DNA of 64,000 bases from Chiloscyllium plagiosum (lineage: Eukaryota): positions 2,601,679 to 2,665,678 of the forward strand of contig NC_057759.1 of assembly GCF_004010195.1 (NCBI RefSeq), given 5' to 3'. Below the pieces are notes generated by a model. The model saw only the letters and a program-made list of their open reading frames with translations, was not told the origin of the DNA and did not search any database. A program made the position numbers and the translations under genes. Shown here piece by piece: positions 13,999 to 26,049 of the stretch; positions within the stretch are counted from its first letter, which is position 1, and every line of letters starts with the position of its first letter.

Positions 13999-16900
13999 AT
14001 ATGAGAGCGAACAGCAGTGCCTTTGTTTCTGGGATAGAAAATAGCAGTGCCTGCGTACCTGGAAGAGAATAGAAGTGCCTCTGTATCAGAGAGAGAACAG
14101 CAGTGCCTTTGTATCTTAGACAGCACGACATTGTATCTGAGAAAGGAAAGCAGTGCCTATGTATCTGGAAGAGATCAGCTGTGACTGTGTATCTGAGAGA
14201 GTACAGCAATGCATCTGTATCAGAGAGAGAATAGCAATGCCTGTGTGTCTGGGAAAGAACAGCAAAGCGTCTGTCTCTGAGCGAGAACATAACTTCCTTT
14301 CTATCTGAAAGAGAACAGCAGTGCCATTGTACCTGAGAGAAGACAGCAGTACCTGTATTTTTGAGTAAGAACAGCAGTCACTTTTTTTATCTAGAGCGAA
14401 TAGCAGTGCCTGTGTATCTGAGAACTAACGGCAGTGCCATTGTGCAGAGAGAACAGCCAACATTGCTTATGTATCTGAGAGAGAAAATATCAGTGCCTTT
14501 GTGTTTGTGTGAGAAAGGAGCATTGCCCGTGTATCTGGAAAAGATCAGCAGTGCCTTCGTATCTGAGAAAGAACGGCAGTGCCTGTCTATGTGAGTGCTA
14601 ATGGCAATGGTATTGTATCGGAGAGAAAAACATTTCTTTGGTATCTGAGAGATAACAGCAGTGCCTGTGTATCAGATCGAGAACAGTAATGCCTCTGTCT
14701 CAGAACGAGAACAGCAGTGCATTTATATGTGAGGGAGAACGGCAGTGCTTGTGTATATAGGAGAGAACAGCAATAGCATGATATCTGAGAGAGGAGTGCA
14801 GTACTTGCTTTTCTGAGAGCGAACAGCAGTGCCTCTGTACCAGAGAGAGAGAGGAGCGGTGCTCGTGTATCTGAGAGAGAACACCAGTGCCTTTGTATCG
14901 GAGACAGAACAGCAGTGCCTGTGTATCTGAACGAGACCATTAGTGTCACTGTATCAGAGAGAGAACATCAGTGCCTGTGCATCTGAGACAGAACAGGAGT
15001 GCCTGTGTATCTGAGACAGAAATGCAATGCCTCTGAATCTGAAACAGAACAGCAGCAACATTGTGTCTGCGAGAGGACAGCAGTACCGGTATTTCAAAGA
15101 GAGAACAGCAGTGCCTCTGTTTCAGAGAGGGAACAGCAGTACCTGTGTATCTGAAAGAAGACAGCAGTATCTGCGTTTCTGAGAGAGAACAGCAGTGCCT
15201 TTGTACCTGAGAGAGAACAGCAGTGCTTGTGTATCTGAGAGAGAACAGCATTGCCTCAGAATCAGTGCGAGAAAGCATTGCGTACGTATCTGAGAGTGAA
15301 CAGCAGTGCCTTTGTATCTGACAGAGAATAGCAGTGTCTGTGTATCTGAGAGAGAACAGCAGTGCCTCTGTATCAGAGAGAGAGAAAGCAATTTTCGTGT
15401 ATCTGAGATAGAACAGCAGTGCTTTTGTATCAGAGACAGAACAGCAGTGCCTGTGCTCATGAAATAAAACAGCAATGCCTCTGCATCTAGGTGAGAACAG
15501 CAGTGCCTATGTATCTGCGTGAGAACAGCAGTGCCTTTGTATATGAGAGAGAACAGCAGTGCCAGTGTGTCCGAGAGAGAAAGGCAGTGTCCTGTATCTG
15601 AGAGAGAACCGCAGTGCCTGTTTATCTGAGAGAGAATGGGAGTGCCATTGTATCTGAGAAACGAATGCACTACTTGGGTTGTTGAGAAAGAACAGCAGTG
15701 TTTTTTTTCTGAGAGAGAACAGCATTGCTTTTCTAACTGAGAGAGTACAGCAGTATCTGAAAGAGAACTGCAGTGCCTGTGTATCTGAGGGGGAACTGCA
15801 GTGCCTTTGTATCTGGGCGAGTCCAGCACTGCATTTTTCTCAGAGAGGGAACAGTAATGCCTTTCTGTCAGAGAGAGAACAGCAGTGCCTGTTCATCTGG
15901 GAAAGAACAGCAATGCTTCGGTATCTGAGCGAGGACTGAATGCATTTATATCTGAGAGGAAACAGCAGTGTGTGTGTGTTGGAGAAAGGACAGTAATGCC
16001 TCTGTATCAGAGCGAGAACAGCAGTGCCTCCGTATCTGAGACAGAACAGCATGAACATTGTGTCTGAGAGAGGATATCAGCACCTGCATTTCTAAGAGAG
16101 AACAGCAGTGCCGGTACTACTGAGATAGAACACCAGTGTCTGTGTACCTGAAACTGAACAGAAGTGGATGTGTTTCTGAGATCGAACACCAATGCCACTG
16201 TATCTGGGAGAGAGCAGCAGTGCCTATGTATCTGCGTGCGATCAGGAGTGCCAATGTATCTGAGAGAGAACGGCCGTGCTCTGTATCAGGGAAAGAAGAG
16301 CAGTGCCTGTTTATCTGAGACAGAACAGCCATGCCTGTGTATCTGAGAGAACAGCAGTGCCTGTCTATCAGAGTTAGAACGGCAATGCCTGTGTATCAGA
16401 GGGAGAAGATGAGCCACTGTTTATCTGAGACAGAACAGCAGTTCTTCTGTATCTGAATGAGAACAGCAGTTCATGTGTATCTGAGAATGAACAATAGTGC
16501 CTATATAGCTGAGAGAGAGCGGCAGTGCCTCTGTATCAGACGTGGAACAACAGTGCTAGTATATATGAGAGAGAACAGCAGTACGTGTGTAACTGAGAGA
16601 GAACAGAAGTGTCTTTGTATCTGAGAGAGAACAGCAGTGTCTCTGTCTATCAAAGAGTACATCGATACCTTTGTGAGAGAACTGCAGTGCCTTTGTATCT
16701 GAGAGAGAATAGCAATGGCTCTGCATCAGAAAGAGAACAGCAGTGCCATTGTATCTGCGAAATATAGCAATATCTATTTATCTGAGGGAGGACAGTAGTG
16801 TCTTGGTAACTGAGAGAGAACAGCAATGCCTGTGTGTCTGAGTGAAAACAGCAGTGCCTATGCATATGAGATAGAAGAGCACCGCCCGTGTACATGTGGG

Positions 16901-17349
16901 AGAACAGCAGTCACTGTTTTTCTGTGAAAGAAGAGCAGTGTCTTTGTATCTGAGAGAGAGCAGCAGTGAGTTTGTGTCTGGAAGAGTGCAGCAGTGCCGC
17001 TGTATCAGAAAGAGAACTGCAGTACCATTGTATCAGCGAAATATAGCAGTATCTGTTTATCTGATACATACCAGTAGTGCCTTTGTAACTGAGAAATAGC
17101 AGCATTGACTGTGTGTCTGAGTGAAAATAGCAGTGCTTATGCATATGAGATAGAACAGCAGCGCCCGTGTACTTGTGGGAGAACAGCAGTCACTTTTTTT
17201 TTCTGAGAAGAAGAGCAGTGCCTTTGTATCTGAGAGAGAGCAGCAGTGAGTTTGAGTCTGGAAGAGTGCAGCAGTGCCTCTATATCAGAGAGAGAACAAC
17301 AGTATCTGAGAGAGAACAACAGTTCCTGTGTATCTGAGACAGAACAGCA

Positions 17350-18340
17350 GTTTGATTTAGTGAAGGGATTAATGCAGTTAGTTTCATTGAATGAAAGTGT
17401 CAGGCTCGAGACATTGAATAAATGAGACAAGCTTTTCTCATTGAAATAACACGTGCAGTGTGTTTCAATGAAGGAATGACTGCAGTTAGATTCATTAAAA
17501 AAAGAGTTAAGTTTGTTTCATTGAATCAATGAATAATGTGTGATTCATTGAAGCAATGATTTATTTCTGATTTAATGAAAGAATACCGTCAGTTTCATTG
17601 AGTGAAAGCGTTAAGCTCGAGACATTTAACAAGTGGGAGAAGCTCGACTCATTGAAATAGCACGTGCAGGCTGTTTCATTGAATGAATATGTGCAGTTTG
17701 TTTCATTGAATCAATGCGTTAAACTCGTGGCATTGAATGAATGAGACAAGCGCTACTCATTCAATTCACACTTGCAATCTGTTTCATTGAATGAATGCGT
17801 GCAGTTTGTTTCATTGAATGAATGCGTTAAGCTAGTGGCTTTGAATGAATCGCAGAAGCTCTACTCATTGAATGAACACGTGCAATGTGTATCATTGAAT
17901 GAATGAGTGGAGTTTGATGTATTTAATGAATGCAGTTGGATTCACTGAATAAATGAGTTAAGTTTGTTTAATTGAATCAATGAACAACATTTGATTCATT
18001 GAATCAATGATTGAAGTTTGATTCAGTGAAGGGATTAATGCAGTTAGTTTCTTTGAATGAAAGTGTTAGGCTCGAGACATTGAATAAATGAGACAAGCTT
18101 TTCTCATTGAAATAACACGTGCAGTGTGTTTCAATGAAGGAATGACTGCAGTTTGATTCATTAAAAAAAGAGTTACGTTTGTTTCATTGAATCAATGAAT
18201 AATGTGTGATTCATTGAAGCAATGATTTATTTTTGATTCAATGCATGAATGCCGTCACTGTCATTGGGTGAAAGCGTGTAGCTCGAGACATTTAACAAGT
18301 GGGAGAAGCTCTACTCATTGAATTAATACGTGCAGGCTGT
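17350..18340. repeat. AT-rich 27-bp tandem satellite (core TCATTGAATGAATG) with a 666-bp higher-order duplication
   Basis: ttgaat recurs at 17814, 17841, 17868 and 17895 (27-nt spacing). 17350-17675 is repeated near-identically from 18016. Confidence 0.92.
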
Positions 18341-18499
18341 TAACCCTCCCTATTGCGTTAACCTCCTCCAGTCCCTCTCATGGACACCATCTATGTAAGT
18401 TTCCCCTGTTCCTGACTATATTTTCCTCCTGTTCCAATAAACCCTTGTGAACTTTGTGGCCAAGACCAATCTCTGCAGTGCTCTGTATAATCGCCCTCA

Positions 18500-18812
18500 C
18501 TGTGCCTGGAACCTGGCTTCAATTCCAGCCTTGGCCGACTGTCTGTGTGGAATTTGTATGTTCTCCCCCCAATTGTGTGGGTTTCTTCCGGGTGCTCTGG
18601 TGTCCTGCCAGAGTCCAACATTTGCGCGATACGTGATTGGCCATCATAAATTGACTGTAGTATTCAGGCAAGTGTGGTTTAGGTGAGTTCACCATGAGGA
18701 ATGCAGGGTTTATTGGACAGTGAGAGGGATGGGTCTGGTTAGGATGCTCTTTAGAGGGTTGGTGTAGACTTGTTGGGCCGAATGGCATGTTTCCACACTG
18801 TAGAGATTCTAT
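18500..18812 (+). mobile_element. Degenerate HE1/V-SINE-like SINE
   Basis: ttcaattccagccttggccgactgtctgtgtggaatttgtatgttctcc ... gacttgttgggccgaatggcatgtttccacactgtagagattctatt. Confidence 0.8.
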
Positions 18813-18819
18813 TCAGGTT

Positions 18820-20790
18820 ATTTTCCATTCCTGTCAACCATCCCTGTCTCTTGAACCTTGACTCATCCCCAATATTCTCCTTATATGTGTAATCTCCAAC
18901 AGTTTCGAAAACATTCCTTGGCGATGTCAGCTTCTCCAGTCCTTACAAAGATCGATATGACTGTCACCTCTTCCTGCTTTAAGAACGCTCTCTATAAGTA
19001 TTGCCAATCGTTACAGCACTCCCAATCACTGTTCCATCCTGAAACCCCCAAAAACATTTATATCTCTGTAAACTCATCTGGACTGTCTATACTTCCTTTT
19101 GACAATCCCGTTCTGAGACTTTCTCAGCATCAAAAAAGTCATTAAGTGTAGGTAACCCTTATTATTGTAACCTCCCTTCAGTCTTACAGCACTGAGGATC
19201 TACAGAAGCTCTTTTCAAACCGACAGCCATCTCTGTGTCTGTAATCTCCTCCACTCCCCTTATACATTCTGTATGAGCTCCTCTGTAGTCCATTAAACAC
19301 TCTTAACACTGTCTGTATCAGTGTAACCTTCACCAAAAACAAAACCTTCCCTATCTGCGTAAATCCCTACACCAGTGCCTATCCCTCTAAGCTCCATCTA
19401 ACAATACAACCCTCCATGTTTGTGTATTCACCTTCAGTCCCTACTCACCTCCCTATCTGTGTAACCTTCTCCATGCATTTTTGCTACAGTCTCTTCAACA
19501 GTCCCTGTCAGTGTAATATCTTCCAGTCCCAAAAAATCCCCTCTCTTTAACTTTCTCATGCCACACAACCCTCACTATCTGTGACCCTCCCTCTGTGAAC
19601 TGTTCCAACTCTTCAACTCTCCATAAGCTCCTGCAGCTCTTACAACCCTCCTATCTACCAAACCTCTTCCAGTCCCTAAAACGCCATCAATCTGTGGAGA
19701 CCCTACTACCATCCCTATCTGTGTTATCCTCTCATGTCCCTGCAACACTCCCGATCTGTAGATCCCACTCCAATGCCAGTGCCTCTCCCGATCCAGTTCC
19801 TAAAAGACTCATTAACAATGTAACATCCTCCCGTCACTGTCACCCACCCTGCCAATGCAATCTCCTCCTGTACCTCCAAACATTTACTCATCTCCATAAC
19901 CTTCTCCAGCTCTTACCCCCATTTGTGTAAACATCAATCTCCACTCGAACCCTCCCTACAGCAGGAACTTCCTCCTGTTTGTGCTATGCTCCCTTATCTG
20001 TGAAACTGTCTCCAACCAAGCTTGCTACCCAATCTCTCAAAAAAGAATCCAGATTCCACAGCCTCCATGTCTAAATAACCCCCAGAACCTAAGCCTTCCT
20101 ATATCTATAAACATCTTCAGTCACGATGACCCTCCATATTTCTGTTTGTTCCGCCAGATGATACAAACCTCTTTATCTCTGTAATCTGCTCAACTCCCTA
20201 AAACAGTCCCTGTCTGTGCAATCCAGCCCTGTCCTACAAACATCCTTATCCCTGTAAACTTCTCTATCCCTCCCAATATTCCCAACTCCATGAAGCCATC
20301 AGCCCTACAGCTCTCACATTTCTGTAACCTCCTGTGGCTCTATGGTCCTCCTTCCCTGTGAAATCACCTCCAGTCCCCACATCCCTCCCAATCTGGGTCC
20401 TCTGCTCCAGATCAGACCATTGCTGTCTCTGTAAACACCTCCACTCCTCACAACCCTTCGCATTTGTGTAACATCGTTCAGACCCCATACTCTCCAACTT
20501 CCTGCATCCTCTTCCTGCATTGCAACCAAAACCATGTTTATGTAACAACCACCAGTGCTTACACCCTCCCCAACTCAGTAACCACTTGCAGCCCTAACAA
20601 AACACCTAAACTGTGAAACCTCTCATTTCCCTACAATCCTCCCTCCCTCCCTCCTTAAATGCCTTCGTCACCATGAAACCTCACAATTACTGAAGCCTCC
20701 TTTTGGCACTGCAAACCTCCTAATGTCTGCAAAATCCTCCTGTCCTGACATCCCTCCCTGACTTTGTAATCCCCACCACACTCCAGTGCA
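18820..20790. repeat. Degenerate C/T-rich 36-37-bp minisatellite block (consensus ~CCCTCCCTATCTCTGTAACCTCCTCCAGCCCCTACAA)
   Basis: Recurrent ccctatctgtgtaacc / ctccagtccc / tacaaccctcc fragments. Paralogous blocks lie at ~47515-48340 and 63665-64000. Confidence 0.75.
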
Positions 20791-20884
20791 CTTCTGGGGA
20801 ACATGGCAGAGGAGGGAAGATTTGTAAAGTCCGAGCCATGTTACAGAGGTAGAATTCTGGAAATTACAGATTTGGCCGAATGTC

Positions 20885-22690
20885 TGTGGTCTGCAGATTA
20901 TTGGCGAGGACTCTGAAGACAGGATTTATGACTACTTGGAAAACCATAGTTTAAGTAGAGACAGTCAGTATGGGTTTGTGAGGTGTCAGGTCATGCCTCA
21001 CAAACCTTACTGAATTCTTTGAGGATATGGCAGAATATGTTGATGGCTCATTCAGAAAAGAAGGAAAATTCGGATACAGGGAAATCTGTCTGTCTGGATA
21101 CAGGATTGGATGGCCTAGAGAAGACAGAGGGTGGCAGCTGATGGACAGTATTGAGCCTGGAGCTTAGTGACCAGTGGTGTTCTGTAACAATCAGCTCTGG
21201 GACTCTGCTCTTTGTGATTTTTGTAAATGACTTTGACGTGGATGTTGGATAGTGGGTTAGTAAGTTTGCCAATAACATGAAGGTTGGTGGAGTGGTGGGT
21301 AATGTGGAGGGCTCTTGTAGGTTGCAATGGGACATTGACAGGACGCAGAGCTGGGCTGGAAGTGGCAGATGGAGTCCAATCTGGAAAAGTGTGAAGTGAT
21401 TCATTCTGGAAAGGTCGAATTTGAATACAGAATAAAGGGTGAAAGGCAGAATACCTGGCAGTGCGGAGGAACAGAGATCATGGGGTCCTTGTCCATAGAT
21501 CCCTCAAAATCGCCACGCACGTTGGTAGGGTTGTTTAAAATGCATATGTTGTGTTGGCTCCCCTTAGAAGGGGATTGACTGTAAGAGCCGTGAGGTTTTA
21601 CTGCATCTTTATACGTCCTGGTGAGACCACACTTGGAATATTGTGTTCAGTTCTGGTCCCGTCTTTACAGGAAGGATGTTTAAGTTTTAGAGAGCGTACA
21701 TAGGAGAATTACCAGGATGCTGCCTGTAATGGAGGGCAGTTCTTACGAAGAAAGCTAAGGCTTTTTGCTTTGGAGAAGGGGGCGGGGCGGCTTTGTGGAG
21801 GTGAACAAGATGATGAGAGGCACAGAGTGAGTGAATAGTCAGAGACTTTTCCTCCTATGGCATAAATGGCTATTACAAGGGGGTGTAATTTTAAGGTGAA
21901 TGGAGGATGTATAAGAGGATAGAGAATAGTAAGTGGTTGGATGGACTGCCAATGGTGGTAGTAAAATTAGACACATCTGGGACAGACACATGGATAATAG
22001 TAAAATGAAGGGTGTGTAGTATACTTTGATCTTACAGTTGGATAAAAGGTTGGCATGAATTCATGGCCGAAGGGTCTTGGGCTGAACTGTTCTGCGTTCT
22101 GTGTTCTGTCTGATAAACTGGGTAATAAGCTCAGATCAGTGTAAAAGGATATGGCATTCAGGAGGAGCGAGGGAACTGGTTACAAAATTTGCTGGATGGT
22201 TGTAGACAGAGGGTGGTGGGAGACATGTTGTTTTTCTTACTGGAGGCATGTGACCAGCGGTGTAGTGGGTCCCCTGTTGTTTGTCGTTTGGATGGAAATA
22301 TTGGTTTCCTGGTAGGTAATTGTTTTGGGTGACACTGAAATTGATGGTAAAGTGGACAGTGAAGAAGGTTATCTATGATACAACAGGATGAACAGTACAC
22401 TGGGATACTGAGCTGAAGAATCGCAGATGGAGTTTAATTAGATAAAGGTGAGATGTTCCATTTTGGTGAAACAAACCAGGGTGGGATTTGTGCAGTTAAT
22501 ATTCGGGCCCTGGGTAGTGTTGTCAGTCAGAGACCCAGGGATGCAGGGACACAGTTCTTTGAAAGTGGTGTCCCAGGTAGACAGGCTGGTGAAGCAGGCA
22601 TTTGGGATGGTTACCTTCATTCGGAGAGCATTAAGAGTAAGAGTTGGGATGTCATGTTGTGGCTGTAAAAGACATTGGTGAGGCCACCAT
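20885..22690 (+). mobile_element. Decayed CR1 LINE ORF2 fragments: RT to 3' tail (ends ~22108), followed by a second RT fragment
   Basis: Remnants of HGFV.G.SCLTNL.EFFE, SKFA.DTK.GG and EKCEVIH motifs, and a gttctgtgttctg tail. Paralogous to 34912-36800 and 58000-60720. Confidence 0.85.
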
Positions 22691-22899
22691 TAAAACATTG
22701 TTGATCAATAGGAAGAACTCAACTAGTTCACTAACCTCCTTTAGGGAAGGACATCAAATATTCTAACCTAGTCTGGCCGACATGTGACTACAGACACACA
22801 GCAATACACAGAGCTACCCTCTGGGTAATTAGCAGTGGGGTCAAAGAACGTTGTTCCAGGCAGTGACACCCACATCCCATGAATGAATATATAAAAATA

Positions 22900-24298
22900 C
22901 CTATGTCCCTCCCTACCTCCGCAAACCCCACCAGATGCAGCAATTCGTCCCGGCTTTGTAACACCCTGACCACTCTCTGCAACACTCTCACCACCTCCAG
23001 CACCTTCCCCTCTCCCTGTTCCTATTGTGTCAATGAACCCTGACCGTGGATCCCCTTCCCACAGCCCTCCTCCTGCGAACAGACCCATTGCAATCCATCA
23101 ACATTTACTCCTAAAACACTCTCTCACTTCAGGATTTTAAGTACTTTTTGGTGATCTTCTCAGCCTCATAATCTAGTATGATCCCTTTTGCCCTGAGTGA
23201 GGGATCAGTGGGAATTTCTTGCTGAGGTTTTTGTCTGTTTCAGTGGAATGTCCTTTTGTTGAGTTTTTGCATTGTCCCTTCAAATGTTTTCCACTGTTCA
23301 TTTACAGGCACATATTTCAGTCTGTTAAGTCTGTTTACCTTGGTCAGTTCTCCTCTCAAACTCATGTCATTGGCTATTTTTGTTTCTAGTTGTAGCTTGT
23401 CCTTTCTGTGATTCACTTTAAAACTTTATATTTATTTAAACTGCACTTTATCACAATTTCCCGAAGGATCTCTGCAGGTGACATGACTCATTCACTAAGT
23501 TTCATGACACGGTCACTCTGCGATAATTATGTCCCTAGCCAGTTGCACAATGTGTTTTTCAAAGAAACAATAAAAAAAAATAACCGAACTCCTTTTCCAA
23601 TATCAATGTTGACCGTGTGATTGTCCCAGATTATACAAATATTGATGTTTTCCAAAATTATCACAATGCCCTTGTTAAAAATTCCAATGAGTTCCTGTAT
23701 AATGCAGTGATGAGCAACGGAATGCTGTTCGGTGGCTAAAACTGTTCTGCTGCTTGTGTCCTTGGCAAGTAGTAGCCAGAATTTACATTCAGACTGACTC
23801 TACTTCATGATCTGAGGCCAAATGCTTTCTCTGTAATGCCTTTGTTACCCATTATTGTTAGCGTTGCCCATTTTGCCTGAGTTTGCACAAGGTGGTGAAC
23901 CATTGAATATTTATGCCCACCTTTTGTTCGCCCTGTACGCATGTCTCTCTGGTGTCTAAATCCCTTTTATCTCTGTGTCACAAATGAATCTACCTTATTG
24001 AAGAGACATTATCCATTCCAAAAAAAACATAATTTACTATTTTCCATAATTTCCTGTCACAGCCCTATTCCCTGATGTACATTCCCTGGTGTAGTTAAAC
24101 TCTGCCCCATCCTGTTCCTTTCTGCTTGTCTTCAGCCACATTCCTATGCTGTTCCATTGCTTCACCTTTTCCCTTTGGATTTGGAAAGCTCATTTCACCT
24201 GCATCCTCTCTGTCAGTTAAATGCCCTGTCCATAAACCTACCTACATGATTGGCCAGGACACTGGTCCCAGCACAGTTCCAGGGGGACCATCCTAATA
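22900..24298 (-). mobile_element. Ancient CR1 LINE fossil (endonuclease / ORF1-ORF2 junction region), segmentally duplicated
   Basis: The minus strand shows gatcatgaagtagagtcagtc (DHEVESV-like) and degenerate APE-endonuclease-like sequence. Copies at ~37015-38395, 44905-46230 and 60905-63664. Confidence 0.65.
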
Positions 24299-24299
24299 G

Positions 24300-24680
24300 A
24301 TTTTTTTTTTTAAAATCAGGTATGGGATTTGTGAGTCTCTGGCTGACCAGCCTTTCTTGCCCAGTCATAGAAGCCTTGAACTGAGTAGCTTGCTCGGCCA
24401 TTTCAGAGGGTAATTGAGAGGCAAACACTTTGCTGTGGGGATGTCGTGCAGACCACGTGAGGATGGGCAGATGTCCTTCTCTAAAGGACAAGTGTTTGGA
24501 TTTGTTGTACATCAGTAATGGTTTCATACATTTTTTGTGGATTGTTAATTATTATTTTTAAAATTATTGATTTCAAATGTCTCCTTTTCAGATGGCGGGA
24601 TTCAATCCTGCCTCCCCTGAATATTAGCTGAGGTTTTGGATACATTCTCTCGCAATAATACCACTAGGCCATTACTTCAC
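24300..24680 (-). mobile_element. tRNA-derived SINE, SacSINE1/DeuSINE-like
   Basis: The minus strand starts gtaatggcctagtggtatt (A box)...ggattgaatccc (B box) and contains ttaccctctgaaatggccgagcaagctactcagttcaagg and an A-rich end. Paralogues at ~38398-38942 and ~46232-46500; + strand 3' parts at ~22700-22897, ~36810-37015 and ~60730-60908. Confidence 0.65.
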
Positions 24681-24906
24681 CTGCTCACTGGGTGCTCATC
24701 CCTGAGCACTGATACCAGGGCATCATGAAGCTAAACCCATTCTTCCGACACAATTGTGTGATCCTCACGTCTTCCAGCAATCTGGGACTATTACTTAATA
24801 TCGTTCCATTTTCCAGATTTCTGTGGAACTCAGTGCCATTCTCCATGTGTAACCCTCTCTGCATCTGTTTCATTTCCCATTCTGCCTATTTCTCTGTCTC
24901 CTGTAG

Positions 24907-25043
24907 GTACTCAGGAAAGTCCTGACTCAATAGCCTACCCAGCTCCTGGGTGGATCGTCCATCACCTCATTGTATGAAGTTGGTCTTCCAGAGAGAGACA
25001 AAGGGAAAGGAGATCTGGAGCCTTCAATAAATCCTGTAGTGAG
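24907..25043 (+). other. Exon-like cassette, copy 1 of 4 (polypyrimidine-TAG acceptor, GAG|GTAAGA donor)
   Basis: tttctctgtctcctgtag|gtactcagg...cctgtagtgag|gtaagat; stop codons in all three frames. Confidence 0.35.
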
Positions 25044-25509
25044 GTAAGATCACCCACAGTGCACAGTGCAAAGAACAACGAGAGGGCTCCAAACATCTGT
25101 TAACACAACATGACATAGATACAGTGCTGGAGGGGAGCACAGTACACACACACACACCAGGCTCAATCACCACCCCAATGTAAGTTCTGTTATATTAAAA
25201 CTCACTGCAACAGTGTATCTAAGGCATGTCTTGTGGTCCAATGTCTTCAATAATTTTTAATTCCTATAACAGATCCTATCGCTGTAACCTCCTCCCTTCC
25301 CGATAGTCCTTCCACATATTTGAAATGCACTGCATTCCAGACTACTATCCCTATCACTGTAACTTGGTTCAGTGTCTACAACATGCCTTATCTCGGTAGT
25401 CTCCTCCTCCAATAAGGTAAAAACAAGGACTGCAGATGCTGGAAACCAGAGTCTAGATTAAAGTGGTGCTAGAAAAGCACAGCAGGTCAGGCAGCATCCG
25501 AGGAGCAGG

Positions 25510-25548
25510 AAAATCGATGTTTCGGGCAAACATCCTTCATCAGGAACA
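25510..25548 (-). ncRNA. Minimal hammerhead ribozyme core in the PLE terminal region, probably decayed
   Basis: The minus strand reads ttc-CTGATGA-aggatgtttgccc-GAAA-catc-gatt: conserved CUGAUGA and GAAA boxes around an imperfect stem II. Confidence 0.7.
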
Positions 25549-26049
25549 GAGGCCGGGAGCCTGCAGAGTGGGGAGATAAATGAGAGGGGGGTGGGGATGG
25601 GGAGAAAGTAGCATAGAGTACAATAGGTGAATGGGGTGGGGAAGAAGGTGAGAGGTCAGAGTGAACGATGGGGAAGGTAGCAAAGAGTACAATGGGTGAA
25701 TGGGGGTGGGGATGGGGGTGATAGGTCAGAGACGAGGGTGGAATGGATAGGTGGGAAGGGAGATAGGCCATTAGGACAGGTCATGAGGGCGGTGCTGAGC
25801 TGGAAGGCTGGAGTTGGGGTGAGATGGGGGAAGGGGAAATGAGGAAACTGTGAAGTCCACATTGAGCCCTGGGGTTGAAGTGTTCTGAGGCGGAGGGTGA
25901 GACGTTCTTCCTCCAGTCGTCTGGTGGTGAGGAAGTGGCGGTGGAGGAAGCTCAGGACCTGCATGTCCTCGGCAGAGTGGGAGGGGGAGTTGAAATGTTG
26001 GGTCACAGGGCGGTGGGGTTGATTGGTGCGGGTGTACCAGAGATGTTCC

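Larger units (their letters stand above)
1..17349. repeat. Degenerate 28-bp tandem satellite array, consensus ~GTGTATCTGAGAGAGAACAGCAGTGCCT; continues beyond the window start
   Basis: The motif gtatctgagagagaacagcagtgcc recurs at 28-nt spacing (e.g. gtatctga at 123, 151, 179), in one orientation throughout, with many substitutions and small indels. Confidence 0.97.

Noticed and set aside
1..17349. CRISPR-like array or Cys-rich protein gene
   Set aside because: Monomers are contiguous with no unique spacers, there are no cas genes, and the context is vertebrate. The ORFs are short, overlapping in all frames and follow from the stop-free minus-strand consensus.
25050..25100. CACAGTG heptamers as V(D)J recombination signals
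   Set aside because: No ACAAAAACC-like nonamer at 12- or 23-nt spacing, no V/J coding segment, and not conserved in the paralogous cassettes.
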